A DNA stretch of 64,000 nt from Octopus bimaculoides (Eukaryota): NCBI RefSeq assembly GCF_001194135.2, contig NC_068981.1:106898205-106962204 (forward strand). The letters run 5' to 3'. The translations under genes were made by a program, and so were the position numbers. Within the stretch, counting starts at the first letter, position 1, and every line of letters begins with the position of its first letter. Shown here piece after piece: positions 24,701 through 36,524 of the stretch. The notes beneath the pieces are model-generated. The model was not told where the DNA came from. It worked only from the letters and a program-made list of their open reading frames with translations, and made no database searches.

Positions 24701-25575
24701 TATATTTATATAATATAGTATAGTATAATATAATATAAAGTAAGAATAGCACTTGTCTAATGAGATTTATTAACTAGTTCTTTATACTTAGAAACAACAC
24801 CCTTCATGTGTTGCCTTAATTTCAGTCTTCTGTAATTTTACGTTTTCACTGCTGAAATTGTTACATTAGTAGTAACCAAATTCAACAATGTGATGACTGT
24901 ACACAACAGAAAATTATATTGAAATTTTCATACTTAATTTCATTTTTTTTTTCCTTCTAATTGTGTAAATTGTTTCAATTGTTTTGCCAGACAAAATTGT
25001 ATCTTTTTAATTTATTTTTGCCTCTAACTGAATTTCTCTTTTGTATATGTGCATGTATGTATCTAATCTCACAAAAACACGTATACATAGATACAAATCA
25101 CCAGCTGTGTAAATGTATATACACTCTTCAACTGTCATCCATTAATCATATTTTTAACACAGCAAGTCTAAAACAGATATTCTCTCAGGACAAATACCCC
25201 AGTAACTGGCCTATCAAAAGTGTATGCATATTATGACTTAGAGATGATTTAAAAAAAATTAAATGTTGCCTCAATTGCATATACCAGAGTTTTAATCCGT
25301 TAAGCAGTTATTTGCTACATCAGTGAATGTTATATCAGAGGCATGTGGGTGGCTCAAATAGACTGAAATGTATCTAGCTGCTGGGCTGCATTTTCATCTA
25401 TCACTGATATTTATTGTAGCAGATGAGATTACCTTTTGGTATTGATACTGCTTCCATCACCAATAATTAATTTTTAACAAATCCGCTGGCTTTTTGTGAC
25501 AGCAGTGTTTAAAATGATGAAGGTATTCTATATATCATAACTGTAAGATTTGCCCACTATACAGTGACCAAATGC

Positions 25576-25621
25576 TTCCCACTGATGATTTCCAATAGAA
25601 TGAAATCATGTGATATGGGAA
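25576..25621 (+). ncRNA. Minimal type-I hammerhead ribozyme
   Basis: Stem I UUCCCA/UGGGAA (6 bp), core CUGAUGA, stem II UUC-CAAUA-GAA with a U-U closing pair, GAAA, stem III AUCA-UG-UGAU, cleavage triplet AUA after 25615. Confidence 0.8.
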
Positions 25622-25805
25622 TTCCAGTGCTCATGATAGACGGTTCTCATCTGCTTTGATCTGTGTGTGCTTTTATGCACCAAGCGCCTATAGGAGTGAC
25701 TCCCTCAAGGCTAATAACACAGCATCCAATGTTCAAACAAGACATCCATGTTAAGTTGTATATAAAGATTATTGTTTGGTATTAATGCTGCTTCCATTGC
25801 TAATA

Positions 25806-25816
<11 letters not shown>

Positions 25817-25849
<33 letters not shown>
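25817..25849. repeat. (AT)n microsatellite
   Basis: Seen directly. Confidence 0.95.
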
Positions 25850-25852
<3 letters not shown>

Positions 25853-25865
25853 TAAAGAGAGAGAG

Positions 25866-26245
25866 AGGTGCAGGCATGGGTGTGTGGTAAGAAGTTTATT
25901 TCCAACCAACATGGTTCTGGGTTTAGTCCCACTGTGTGACACCTTGGTTGTCTTCTATTATAGCCCCAGGCTGACCTAAGCCTTGTGAACAGATTTGATA
26001 GATACAAACTGAAAGAAGCCCGTCGTGTGTGAATTTGTGTCTGTGTTTGCTCACCTACTCCCCACCACCACCACTTCACAACCAGTGTTGGTGTGTTTAC
26101 GCCCCAGTGATTTAGCAGTTTTGCGAAAGAAACTGATACACTAAAAAAAAATAAAATAAAAAGTACTGGTGTCAATTTGTTCAACTGAAATTCTTCAAGG
26201 CCAGCATGGCCACAGTTTAATGGCTGAAACAAGTGAAAAAAAATA
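25866..26245 (+). mobile_element. tRNA-derived SINE S1, full length
   Basis: Head AGGTGCAGGCATGGGTGTGTGGTAAG...GGTTTAGTCCCAC, body CCTTGGTTGTCTTCT...GAAACT, 3' end GGCTGAAACAAGT. Confidence 0.85.
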
Positions 26246-26319
26246 GACACACACACACGGGTGCATGTGCACATATCTGTGTGTGTATAGAAGGACCCCC
26301 CCCTTCTTACATAAATGAC

Positions 26320-26540
26320 CACCTAGAAAGCACCCTCTGGGGCACAAGTCTGGACAGGGTTGATTATGGAAGACTAGCAGCCACCCATGTATACTAGCCT
26401 CCCCTCTCCATGCCACCGAAGTTATCCAAGGCAAAGGTAAAGGCCAACACAGCTTGGCACCAGTGACGTCACAACTCATTTCTACAGGTGAGTGAACTGG
26501 AGCATTGTGGAATAAAGTGTCTTGCTCAAGACAAAAACAC
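26320..26540 (-). mobile_element. SINE family S4 (CORE-like central segment)
   Basis: Minus strand TCTTGAGCAAGACACTTTATTCCACAATGCTCCAGTTCACTCACCTGTAGAAATGAG resembles CORE-type SINE cores. The family assignment is from memory. Confidence 0.55.
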
Positions 26541-26713
26541 ATATATGTATGAGAATATGTGTGTGTGTGTATGTGTCTATGTTTCTACATGTACACGACA
26601 TATACATATAATCACTCCTATTTGCAAGAAACTTGAAATAATGACACAATGAACCATCAGCTTCAAATGAGTAATTAAAATGTATGACATGTACTTACTT
26701 TTACTTATGTGTG

Positions 26714-26758
<45 letters not shown>

Positions 26759-27789
26759 TTTTTATAGGTATTGATTATACACGCACTCACTAAAATTTTC
26801 ATGCATTTCAATAACAATTTCATTAATGTCTACTGTAGCTTGACTAAAGTCTATTTATGAAAACTGTAATACACTTCTATTACAAGAAGCAATATTGTAA
26901 CTCTAAACTCCCTTTTGTAACTCTTAACATATCGAACAAATACAAGAGGTAAACTGTAAAAATGCTAGCAATCTTGTTTCGATTTTGTTTTATTTTTGTT
27001 TGTAGATTGTATCTAAATTCATTCCAAAATTGATTGAATGCCAATTTCCTTTTATGATATCGTCCATTCTATTTTTGCTCTGACCTATATTCTTAGGCCC
27101 ATCATTTTACATTGTGTTATTCAGTTCAGAGAGTGGTGATTTCTTAAGTCGAATGAAAGCATATTTTCATAAAATTACATGAAGATATGCTTTCATTGAT
27201 TATAATCAATCTGTTACTTGTTTGCTTTAGACAGTGTACTTGTCTTTGTCTTTTGTCAGTACATTTTGAAACTCTTGCCTATGTCAAAGATAAGTCAATA
27301 GAAATAAATAGCTTTTAGTTAAGCTGAACTAAATTTGGTTGTCTGAAGATGTAAAAAAGACATCAATTTTATAAACATGTTAACATTTTAGTAATTTGTT
27401 TTTATAAGAATTAAAAACGTTTTTTTTTTTTCAGTATTATGCTATTCATTTGCATTGTTTTGTGCTGTTATAATTTGTTGCTGATGAAATCCTTTATTAA
27501 TTCACTTTTCTCCTGTTTCATTGGCTTTTCTTTGTCATCACTTATGTAAATGTTTCAAAATGCTCTGACATAGGATGAAGAAAAGTACACCTCATTAAAT
27601 TGAGAATTACTAAGTATAATATCCCATAGCTTACTTGGTTATTAAGCCTGTGTGATTCAATAGTTGATACACAAAGGCGATTTATCATTTATTATTAATA
27701 AGCAATTTAATATCACACAAAGTGATGCTGGGGAATTTTGTAATTTATTAGGACTTCATACTCATACAGTGTGTGTGTGTGGAAAGAGA

Positions 27790-27975
27790 GAGGGAGGAGT
27801 GCTGCACGCACGGCCATGTGATTAAGTAGTTTGTGTTGGAATCTCATGGTCGAGAGTTGATTCCCATGGCATGGACACTGGTGTGTTCTACCGTAGCTAC
27901 CAGATGACCAATGCCCCATGATGTAATTTGGTACACAGAAACTGGTAAATGTTCATCATGTATATATGTGCATGT
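27790..27975 (+). mobile_element. Degenerate SINE S1 5' half
   Basis: GGCCATGTGATTAAGTAGTTTG...GAGTTGATTCCCA...TTCTACCGTAGC...GAAACTG. Confidence 0.5.
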
Positions 27976-28182
27976 GCATACCCAAAACAATGAAATAGTG
28001 CCAGTAGTGCACTGAAGTTCATCTCCTATATCTTTCTACTTCAAATTTGATGCATTGTACTAATGTGAGAAGTCAGTATGACTTGTATCAACGGTTTATT
28101 CTTGATATATATCTGATGAATAGTAATTTCTTTCTTGTCATTGATGAATTTCATTACTTATTTATTCATTTATTTATTTATT

Positions 28183-28186
<4 letters not shown>

Positions 28187-28226
<40 letters not shown>
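28187..28226. repeat. Poly-T run (40 nt) preceded by (ATTT)n
   Basis: Seen directly. Confidence 0.9.
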
Positions 28227-28227
<1 letters not shown>

Positions 28228-29283
28228 TTCCTCTTTTCTGTGACTCATCAAACTGTTTGGATATCTATGTCATTTGTTTCTCTGAAATTGCTCTAAGTTT
28301 GATTTCATCTTCGCTTCCATTTTTGCCTGTTTGTGTTTATATATGCTTTACTCTTCACTATCATATTTCTTCAACTGTTAACATGGTTCTTGCCAAATTG
28401 ATAGTAACATAAAATGTCAATCACTAGTTTGCTAAATGAATAGACTTGGCATAAGTATTAATGCACAGCAGTAGTGTGACAATCAACAGTATTCTTTGTG
28501 ATGACTAGGAATTCATTTATATATTAAGGAAGCAAGAAAATTGTTCCCTGTCTTATTATCACAATGCTGAATTAACAGTTAATTTTATGGTGCCTAACCA
28601 ACTATGCTTTCTTTTTCTATTTTTTCTTATTAGAAATCCTTCTGTGTTGAAAGATTCCAATTTAGTCAGCAGGAGACTGACAGAATGAATGAATTATCAG
28701 AATTGGTTGCCAGCTGTTAATTTTCATCATATAGATGGTAAGCATTGTTTAATATAGCATCTTTTGAAATCACCAGCTTGGATTTGATTTTTTACCTAAA
28801 GTCTGATTATAATTTGAAGATGAATAAGCTAATTAAACTGACTAGATAAAATGCAGGATATAGGGATTCTTTTTGTGTCGGTATTCATTTAAAAAATTTA
28901 TTTTAAGTTTGTTTTAACTGATCATAGGCTTTCTCTACAAAAATTTACCTTATGCCTGATCATTATGTAGACTTTTGTAAATTATTAAATAGAGATATGC
29001 TCTTAATGGTGTGTCTGGGTTCCAAATACAACTTCCAGATGCTACTATTTTCTTTACTTATGCCTCTTATGTCAATAAAATCAGAAAATGTACACAATCT
29101 CAAATCCTATGTCAGCTGTCCTAATGTACAGAGTCAACATTACATGATAAGTTTTCCCCTATTTTTTGTATGAACATTTATTTAACATGTCTGAAATTTC
29201 AATATAATAAGAGATTACACACTTTTCTGTCTTGTTCAATCATGCCAGTAGAAGAATAGCCCTTTTAATCTTTTAGTCACTGA

Positions 29284-29765
29284 ATCATCATTATCATCAT
29301 CGTTTAACATCTGCCTTCCATGCTGGCATGGGTTGGACAGTTTGACAGGAGTCAGCCAGGTAGAAAACTACTCTAGGCTATTGTGTCTTCTTTGGCAGGG
29401 TTTTTACAGCTGGATGCCCTTCCAATGCCAACCACTTCACAGTGTGGACTGGATACTTTTTACATAGCACCAAGTAACTTGCAAGACAAGGAATTTTGAG
29501 AGGGGAGAGGGCATTGGAGGAGGTGAACTTGTGTCAGATGATGAAAAGTTAGAGTATGACAGAGAGGCAGAAACAGGTGTCTTGCTATAGAGGAGGTTAC
29601 CCAGCCATAGAGAGAGAGAAAGAGAGGGGGAGAGAGAGGTAACAAGAATGAGGACAGAAACAGGTGTGCTGATGTAAAGGAGATACTTGGTTACCTATCC
29701 AGAGGGTAGAGGAAGAGAGAAAGTAATCAAGAATGAGTGCAGAAACGGATGTGTTACTGTAGAGG
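29284..29765 (-). mobile_element. RTE-type 3' end, variant with GA-rich internal repeats
   Basis: Standard (CAT)n-CGTTTAAC tail, then three ACAGAAACAGGTGT...GTAGAGGAG units ~90 bp apart. Homologous to 38070-38450. Confidence 0.8.
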
Positions 29766-30479
29766 AAAATTAATTTTTAAAAGTTGGAAGCACTGACCAG
29801 GTTCTGAGACCTGGAGTGCACTGTCATGTACTGATATTTGCATGTAAATCATTGTAGTGTGTTCTTTGGCAAGATACTTTAACAACAAAAAGAAAAGTCA
29901 TATCTACAAAATATTTAAAATCATACCATTTATCTTTGATTTGGAAGGGAAAGAATAAAATGAGATGTTGATGCCATAAAAATTTAGAACCTCTAGGACA
30001 TGATATAATTTATTTTTGGAATAGAGTGCCTTGAAGCATATTAAGCTATAAATAATAACATGTAAATATTGGGTTAAAAAAAACCTTTCACTTGTAATAA
30101 AGTTTGTAAAATGGATAGAAATACGTGAAGGATTACTTTGGTCTAAATAGAATGCATCTCATGTTTACTGGAGATGTGGGTTCATATTTCACAAGCAGCC
30201 TTCCTCTTTTTCTATCCAAAAGAATATTTCAACTTAATATTTACATACTATTATTAATAGCTTTACTTGCTTCAAGAGTCACTATTCCAAAAATTAAAAA
30301 TAAGATGTTAATATGCTTTGGTAATGGCAATATGATTAACTTGGACAAAACCATTTTAGATAATTATTTCTCAACAGTTTAAATCATATTGTACAGTATA
30401 ACTGTGGGGAAAAAAAATCTTTTGTCACCACCTGAAGATATTTTTTATATTCCATTATAGTATTATAATAGTTTTGTAA

Positions 30480-30652
30480 ATGTTGTTGTTTACTCGCAAA
30501 GTAGCCTCCACCACGAAGACCAGGTCATGACTATTGAATTTTTTTTTTAATGCCTTTCTTTCCATCTTTTTAAAATGGTAGGGTTGGCTTTAAGAGTGAT
30601 TTTTCTGCTATTTCTAGAAGATTAAGTTCTTGTGCAGAGATCCCCTCACTGG
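30480..30652 (-). mobile_element. SINE-like repeat S5 (degenerate)
   Basis: TGTTGTTGTTTA...GTGATTTTTCTGCTATTTCTAGAAG. Confidence 0.45.
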
Positions 30653-30817
30653 CTCACGTATTTACTTTTTATTTTCATGGGTATCTTGACTGTAAACTAA
30701 AGTATCATTAAATTTTTATTTGTCATATTTCACTGGAGAAGGCAACAGGAGACCAATCCTTAAAATCTTGCTAAATGCTTTATTTAAAGAAGCATAAAGA
30801 AATGCCTCACTCACTAT

Positions 30818-31285
30818 GTTGGTACTCCGTCGGTTACGACAACAAGGGTTCCAGTTGATCCGATCAACGGAACAGCCTGCTCGTGAAATTAATGTGCAAG
30901 TGGCTGAGCACTCCAAAGACATGTGTACCCTTAACGTAGTTCTCGGGGAGATTCGGCATGACACAGTATGACAAGGCTGGCCCTTTGAAATACAGGTACA
31001 ACAGAAACGGGAAGAAAGAGTGAGAGAAAGTTGTGGTGAAAGAGTACAGTAGGGTTCGCCACCACCCCTTGCTGGAGCCTCNNNNNNNNNNACGGGAAGA
31101 AAGAGTGAGAGAAAGTTGTGGTGAAAGAGTACAGTAGGGTTCGCCACCACCCCTTGCTGGAGCCTCGTGGAGCTTTAGGTGTTTTCACTCAATAAACACT
31201 AACAATGCCCGGTCTGAGAATCGAAACCGCAATCCTACGACCGCGAGTCTGCTACCCTAACCACTGGGCCATTGCGCCTCCACTG
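30818..31285 (-). mobile_element. tRNA-derived SINE family S3, full length, 12-bp TSD
   Basis: Minus head TGGAGGCGCAATGGCCCAGTGGTTAGGG...GGTTTCGATTCTCAG. TSD CTCACTCACTAT at 30806-30817 and 31286-31297. Contains a 10-N gap. Confidence 0.9.
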
Positions 31286-31659
31286 CTCACTCACTATAAC
31301 ACACAGCAAAGTAATTGTATTTAGTGTAACATTATTTATAAAATCAATGCTTCTGATCTTTGATGCTTTGGATAAAAAAAAAGAACGCTATGTTTATGGA
31401 TCAAATACTAATAACTCCATCTCCTTTTGAATTTGCCAAGAGAAATTAGAAATTGTGGGGTTTATACATTATGTTGATACGCATAAATCACTTAGCATGA
31501 TAAAAAAGTAAAGATTACCAACCAGCAGGAATAAATGCTTTCAATATAATTGTATGTGATATATTATCAGTTTTATTTTTACCTTGATAATATATCATTT
31601 AAGATTGAATCAACTTGATTTTCCAATATTTTCTTTCTGTTACTTACTATACTGATTTG

Positions 31660-31704
<45 letters not shown>

Positions 31705-31813
31705 CACGTGTAGTACAATTTTTTTCTGAATTTTCAGATTTTTTAATATACTAGGCCACTTGGTTTTAAATTAAATTAATATTCAATTTATCACCCTATC
31801 TATATAAATAATA

Positions 31814-31847
<34 letters not shown>

Positions 31848-32244
31848 CAGGGATTTCAGTCTTTGTCATGATTATTATCATGTTATATTGTGATTTAAAT
31901 GTTCAAGTTCTGAGTTGATTCTGTTAACTTGTATGTACTGAAAAAATATATTGACATGAGTCAATTTTGTTAACTTTACATATATATATTTTCAAAAGCA
32001 GAATGAATTTGATGCCCAATTATTCCGAACAACTAGAACTATTGGTTTACATTAGTTTTTGATATTTTATATTTTTCAATTATCATTTCAAATTATCCTA
32101 GTTTTCGTATAGAAACTGACCTATAATTGTGAGAGAATTAGTTGTGTATGTAGGTGAGGAGCCTTCCCTCTCTTTATAAAATCTTTGATTGCCTTTTTTA
32201 TCATACTGCTATCAACTAGGATAGCTGTTATGTTCATGTTAAGA

Positions 32245-32760
32245 ACACCTGCTTTCTCCCAGGCATTCTCAACTACTTAGTAACCTTTCATAGTAGCACT
32301 TCTGTACATCTTTCTTTTCAGAATTACTAAGTGCAAGTTTACTATTACCCATCTGTTCACATTTCTCACCCACAACATTTTGATTTTCTCTTATAAACGA
32401 TATTGCAATCCTGAATACCTCACAATTTTGATTCTTGTGTAGGACATTACTGTTACCTTGGCCATGTAAACCTTATGTCTAGCTTCTCACCTAGGTAACT
32501 GATATAATTCTCTGCTGTCTCCATTTTTTCAGTCTTTTCAAGGTTGCCTTTTCACTTTTATAGTTCTGTCTCTGGCCCTCAGTTGGTTGTCCCCACTTTC
32601 AGTTGACCTCTATGCTATACATCTCTGTCTCCTCTTCCTTTTCATCAAATGTTTCAACTAGAATCTCTCTCTCTGAATTTCTTACTGCTTGCTGAATCTT
32701 TTATCTTTCTCACCTGAGAATTCTTTTGGCTTATACTATCAGCTCATCTGAAATTGCCTG
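32245..32760 (-). mobile_element. RTE-like LINE ORF2 fragment (region upstream of RT)
   Basis: Minus translation EVFRIA...RENQNVVGEKC...LALSNSEKK...YYERLL..ENAWEK, with frameshifts. Confidence 0.65.
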
Positions 32761-33382
32761 AAATAGCCTATTCATCTATAAATGAAAATTACAACACAAA
32801 TCTCATCACTATGTTTGTGAAATTATGTGTCTCCAATAGGTAAACAGTTGTCCAAAACTGTCCAATATTTTTTTGGCACAATATTTTTACTCCCCAAATT
32901 TTGGTGGTTGGGAATATTTTCTTCCATCGTAACAGTTACATTTTCCAGAACATTTTGCAACAGGAAGAAAAAAGAAAGAAAAATACTGTTTTACATTCAC
33001 AAATATTGATTCAGAATTTGAAGGATTTTCAAAAGAAAAGAGCAGAAAAACAAATCAAGTGAAATATGTAACATACAACCATATTTTTGCAGTTTACATT
33101 TTACATTATACTCAGTTAAGGGAAAAAGAAAAAAACTTTCTAATGAATCCTAATCTAATTTTGTTAAATTCCTAAAGTTTCTTTGAATTAAAAAAAAATC
33201 CGATTACTGTTGAACCTCACAATATATATTTAAGTATGATGGTAATATGTGTTCATTAGATTGTTCACTTCATCTTTTGAACTTTATGTATAATGTTTTT
33301 TGGCCAGTATTTGCATTAGCTGTGGCTTGTGTGTGTGTATACACACATACACACACAGCAGGCATACATGTATGTGTGTATA

Positions 33383-33555
33383 TCATCAACATTTAACATT
33401 CACTTACCCTGCTGGCATGGGTTAGATAGCTTGACAGGAACTGGCAAGGCCAGGGGTTGTACCAGGATTCCATGTTCTGTTTTGAGCTTGCTTTCTATGG
33501 CTGGATGCCCTTCCTAACACCAGCCACTTTACAGAGTGTACTGCATGCTCACCAG
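33383..33555 (-). mobile_element. RTE-A LINE 3' tail
   Basis: TCATCAACATTTAAC...GCTGGCATGGG...GGCTGGATGCCCTTCCTAAC. Confidence 0.8.
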
Positions 33556-33574
33556 CTCAGCCTTGGTGTTACAG

Positions 33575-33900
33575 GTAGTTGGTATCTTTCCCAACCATGC
33601 CCCACACATAGTAATCTATGGAATTACAATCAGGGTAAATTAAGAAGCCAGAAATTGGGGCTGGTAAAGTCATAGACATTCTCCAACAATCACTTCTGAC
33701 TCTTTATGGAGGTATAGCAAGGAACCAAATCTTGCTGCTACACATATAGCCTTCCAGGAGCAACCATCTCCAGTCATGGTTTTTATCAGTCGCCAGCAGT
33801 TTCACATAGCCTTCTGAAGTGAGCCGAAGGCCCTGTTCAAGGATGTGGAGATGAAATCCAGTGTGCAGATGCAGTCAGAATGCCTTCTGTGTCCCTTCCT
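33575..33900 (-). pseudogene. Tc1/mariner DD37D (maT-type) transposase fragment
   Basis: PHILEQGLRLTSEGYVKLL...QQDLVPCYTS...NFW..N.PDCNSIDYYVWG. The second and third Asp are 37 residues apart after correcting one +1 frameshift. Confidence 0.85.
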
Positions 33901-34373
33901 GCTGGCCATGGTTTCTTAGTCTCCATTGCAGCTGTCCATACTCTGACTTACAGCCTTTACAGTGTTCACAGAGCTTCAAGTAGCAGTCATGATGTTGGCA
34001 TTTCAATACCTAGTACAAATCATTATGATACGAATAAATTCTTTTCTAATGTTCGGATGGCTTACAGTCCTCTATGTCTGTTAACTTTTTCTCAAATACA
34101 AGTTTAATTTTTATGCTCTCCAATGCTGTTGACTGTTCACAATACATCACTTTCTGGAAAAAAAAGGGGGGGGTGGGGGTGGAGAGAGCAAAATCTCATC
34201 AAATTTAGCCCAAACATTTTGTGTGTATGTGTGTATCAGCATTCCTTTCCTATGCTCAAATTGTGTTATAACCAAATTATCCTATCAGGGATAGGTTAGG
34301 GTGTTAATACAACTTGGATGATGTTAAGATGATTGCAATCATTCTATTATATGTATCTGTTTATGTGATTGCT

Positions 34374-34413
34374 ATCTTCAATATGTTCATGCCATCTTCA
34401 ATATGTTCATGCC
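34374..34413. repeat. Perfect 20-bp tandem duplication
   Basis: ATCTTCAATATGTTCATGCC x2. Confidence 0.9.
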
Positions 34414-34998
34414 ATATGCATTCTTGAACTTTATTTGCATATTTTCAATATTATTAGTCTCATTATCAACGCCAGAGAACAGCTACAGTTTTACTTTTTA
34501 TTCAAAATCTAGATGATGAAAATGACATTGATCTATGTTTCACAAACCACAAAAGGAATGAAACTACATAAAAAATATGTCATGTACTTAAATTTTAGTC
34601 AACAAACCACATTGATTATCTCTCCTTGTGTCAATTCCTTTTTAGAATTGTTATTTGAATGACAGATCCTAAGTTTGTATAGAAAATCAATATGACTGTT
34701 GAAATTAGGTGTTTACTTCTAAGATAGTCTTCAAAACAGTGGTCCTGACTGTTAATTGAAACTTCTGTTACTATTCATTTCAGATTTTCATTGTGATAAT
34801 TGAAGCTTTCATCTCAATATAACTTTCACTATCTCCATATTGTTTCACAATTTGGGTGGATTTAAGCAAAAAACTTTAATAAACTTCTTGCCTTTTATCA
34901 ACATTGCTGCTGGGCTTTCACCATTCTTTTCTGCAAAGCATAATAATGTTTAGAATAAACTATATGATCTTATTTCTATTTCATATTACCATGTTTAA

Positions 34999-35186
34999 CC
35001 CTTCAGCATTTTAACTGGCCAAAACTAGCCAAAATATTCTGTTTTATGTTCAAATCAACCAAATTGGGTCTCTCACACCTACCCTACAATGTCATTCTAA
35101 AAATAAGCACATCATTAAAATCTCGAAGCTACAAGATAATGCATGATTCATTCAAAATGATAATAAATAAGAATTTGACAGAGTAG
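34999..35186. mobile_element. piggyBac-type MITE, right end lost at LINE junction
   Basis: TTAA at 34995-98 then CCCTTCAGCATT. Aligns to the reverse complement of 59236-59461. Confidence 0.85.
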
Positions 35187-35188
35187 TC

Positions 35189-36524
35189 ATCATCATCATC
35201 ATCATCATCGTTTAACGTCCGCTTTCCATGCTAGCATGGGTTGGACGATTTGACTGAGGACTGGTGAAACCGAATGGCAACACCAGGCTCCAATCTAATT
35301 TGGCAGAGTTTCTACAGCTGGATGCCCTTCCTAACGCCAACCACTCAGAGAGTGTAGTGGGTGCTTTTACGTGTCACCCGCACGAAAACGGCCACGCTCG
35401 AAATGGTGTCTTTTATGTGCCNNNNNNNNNNNNNNNNNNNNNNNNNNNNNNNNNNNNNNNNNNNNNNNNNNNNNNNNNNNNNNNNNNNNNNNNNNNNNNN
35501 NNNNNNNNNNNNNNNNNNNNNNNNNNNNNNNNNNNNNNNNNNNNNNNNNNNNNNNNNNNNNNNNNNNNNNNNNNNNNNNNNNNNNNNNNNNNNNNNNNNN
35601 NNNNNNNNNNNNNNNNNNNNNNNNNNNNNNNNNNNNNNNNNNNNNNNNNNNNNNNNNNNNNNNNNNNNNNNNNNNNNNNNNNNNNNNNNNNNNNNNNNNN
35701 NNNNNNNNNNNNNNNNNNNNNNNNNNNNNNNNNNNNNNNNNNNNNNNNNNNNNNNNNNNNNNNNNNNNNNNNNNNNNNNNNNNNNNNNNNNNNNNNNNNN
35801 NNNNNNNNNNNNNNNNNNNNNNNNNNNNNNNNNNNNNNNNNNNNNNNNNNNNNNNNNNNNNNNNNNNNNNNNNNNNNNNNNNNNNNNNNNNNNNNNNNNN
35901 NNNNNNNNNNNNNNNNNNNNNNNNNNNNNNNNNNNNNNNNNNNNNNNNNNNNNNNNNNNNNNNNNNNNNNNNNNNNNNNNNNNNNNNNNNNNNNNNNNNN
36001 NNNNNNNNNNNNNNNNNNNNNNNNNNNNNNNNNNNNNNNNNNNNNNNNNNNNNNNNNNNNNNNNNNNNNNNNNNNNNNNNNNNNNNNNNNNNNNNNNNNN
36101 NNNNNNNNNNNNNNNNNNNNNNNNNNNNNNNNNNNNNNNNNNNNNNNNNNNNNNNNNNNNNGTAGCATGGCTGTTCATACGCATGCGTCATACAGTCTGC
36201 TTTTTACTCTGAGTGAGAGTCCCTTTGTCGCCAGCAGGGGTAAGAGCTCTCTAAACTTTGCCCAGACTATTCTTATTCTAGCAGCTACACTTTCGGCGCA
36301 CCCACCCCCACTACTAACTTGGTAGCCCAGATAGCGGAAGCTATCGACTACCTCTAGTTTTTCACCCTGGAATGAGATAGAAGTTGTTTCCTGTTTGTTT
36401 ACAGTCTTTATTGCACCTGAACATCTGCCACAAACAAAAACTAACTTCCTAGTTAACCTGCCTTTGATGTTGCTGCACCTCTTATGTGTCCATAGCTTGC
36501 ACCGGGTACATCTTATAGAGTTGG
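35189..36524 (-). mobile_element. 5'-truncated RTE-A LINE spanning an assembly gap
   Basis: 3' tail and UTR at 35189-35421. After the gap (35422-36161) the minus strand reads NSIRCTRCKLWTHKRC...FVCGRC...VVDSFRYLG...RIRIVWAKFRELLPLL...RLYDACV. Confidence 0.9.
35422..36161. other. Assembly gap
   Basis: N run. Other gaps: 31082-31091, 41104-41113, 53783-53987, 56406-56430, 61935-62802. Confidence 1.

Noticed and set aside
31008-31166. ~74-bp direct duplication inside SINE S3
   Set aside because: The copies are essentially identical and sit either side of a 10-N gap, typical of an unmerged contig overlap. The second S3 copy at 61570 has it once.
31200-31285. tRNA-like sequence with A and B boxes (also heads at 7440-7523, 22918, 25866)
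   Set aside because: No complete cloverleaf or acceptor stem, and each continues into a SINE body. These are SINE heads, not tRNA genes.
35264-36325. Long ORFs of 250-350 aa in the ORF track here and at 53729-54088 and 61781-62818
   Set aside because: They are open only because they run through N gaps.
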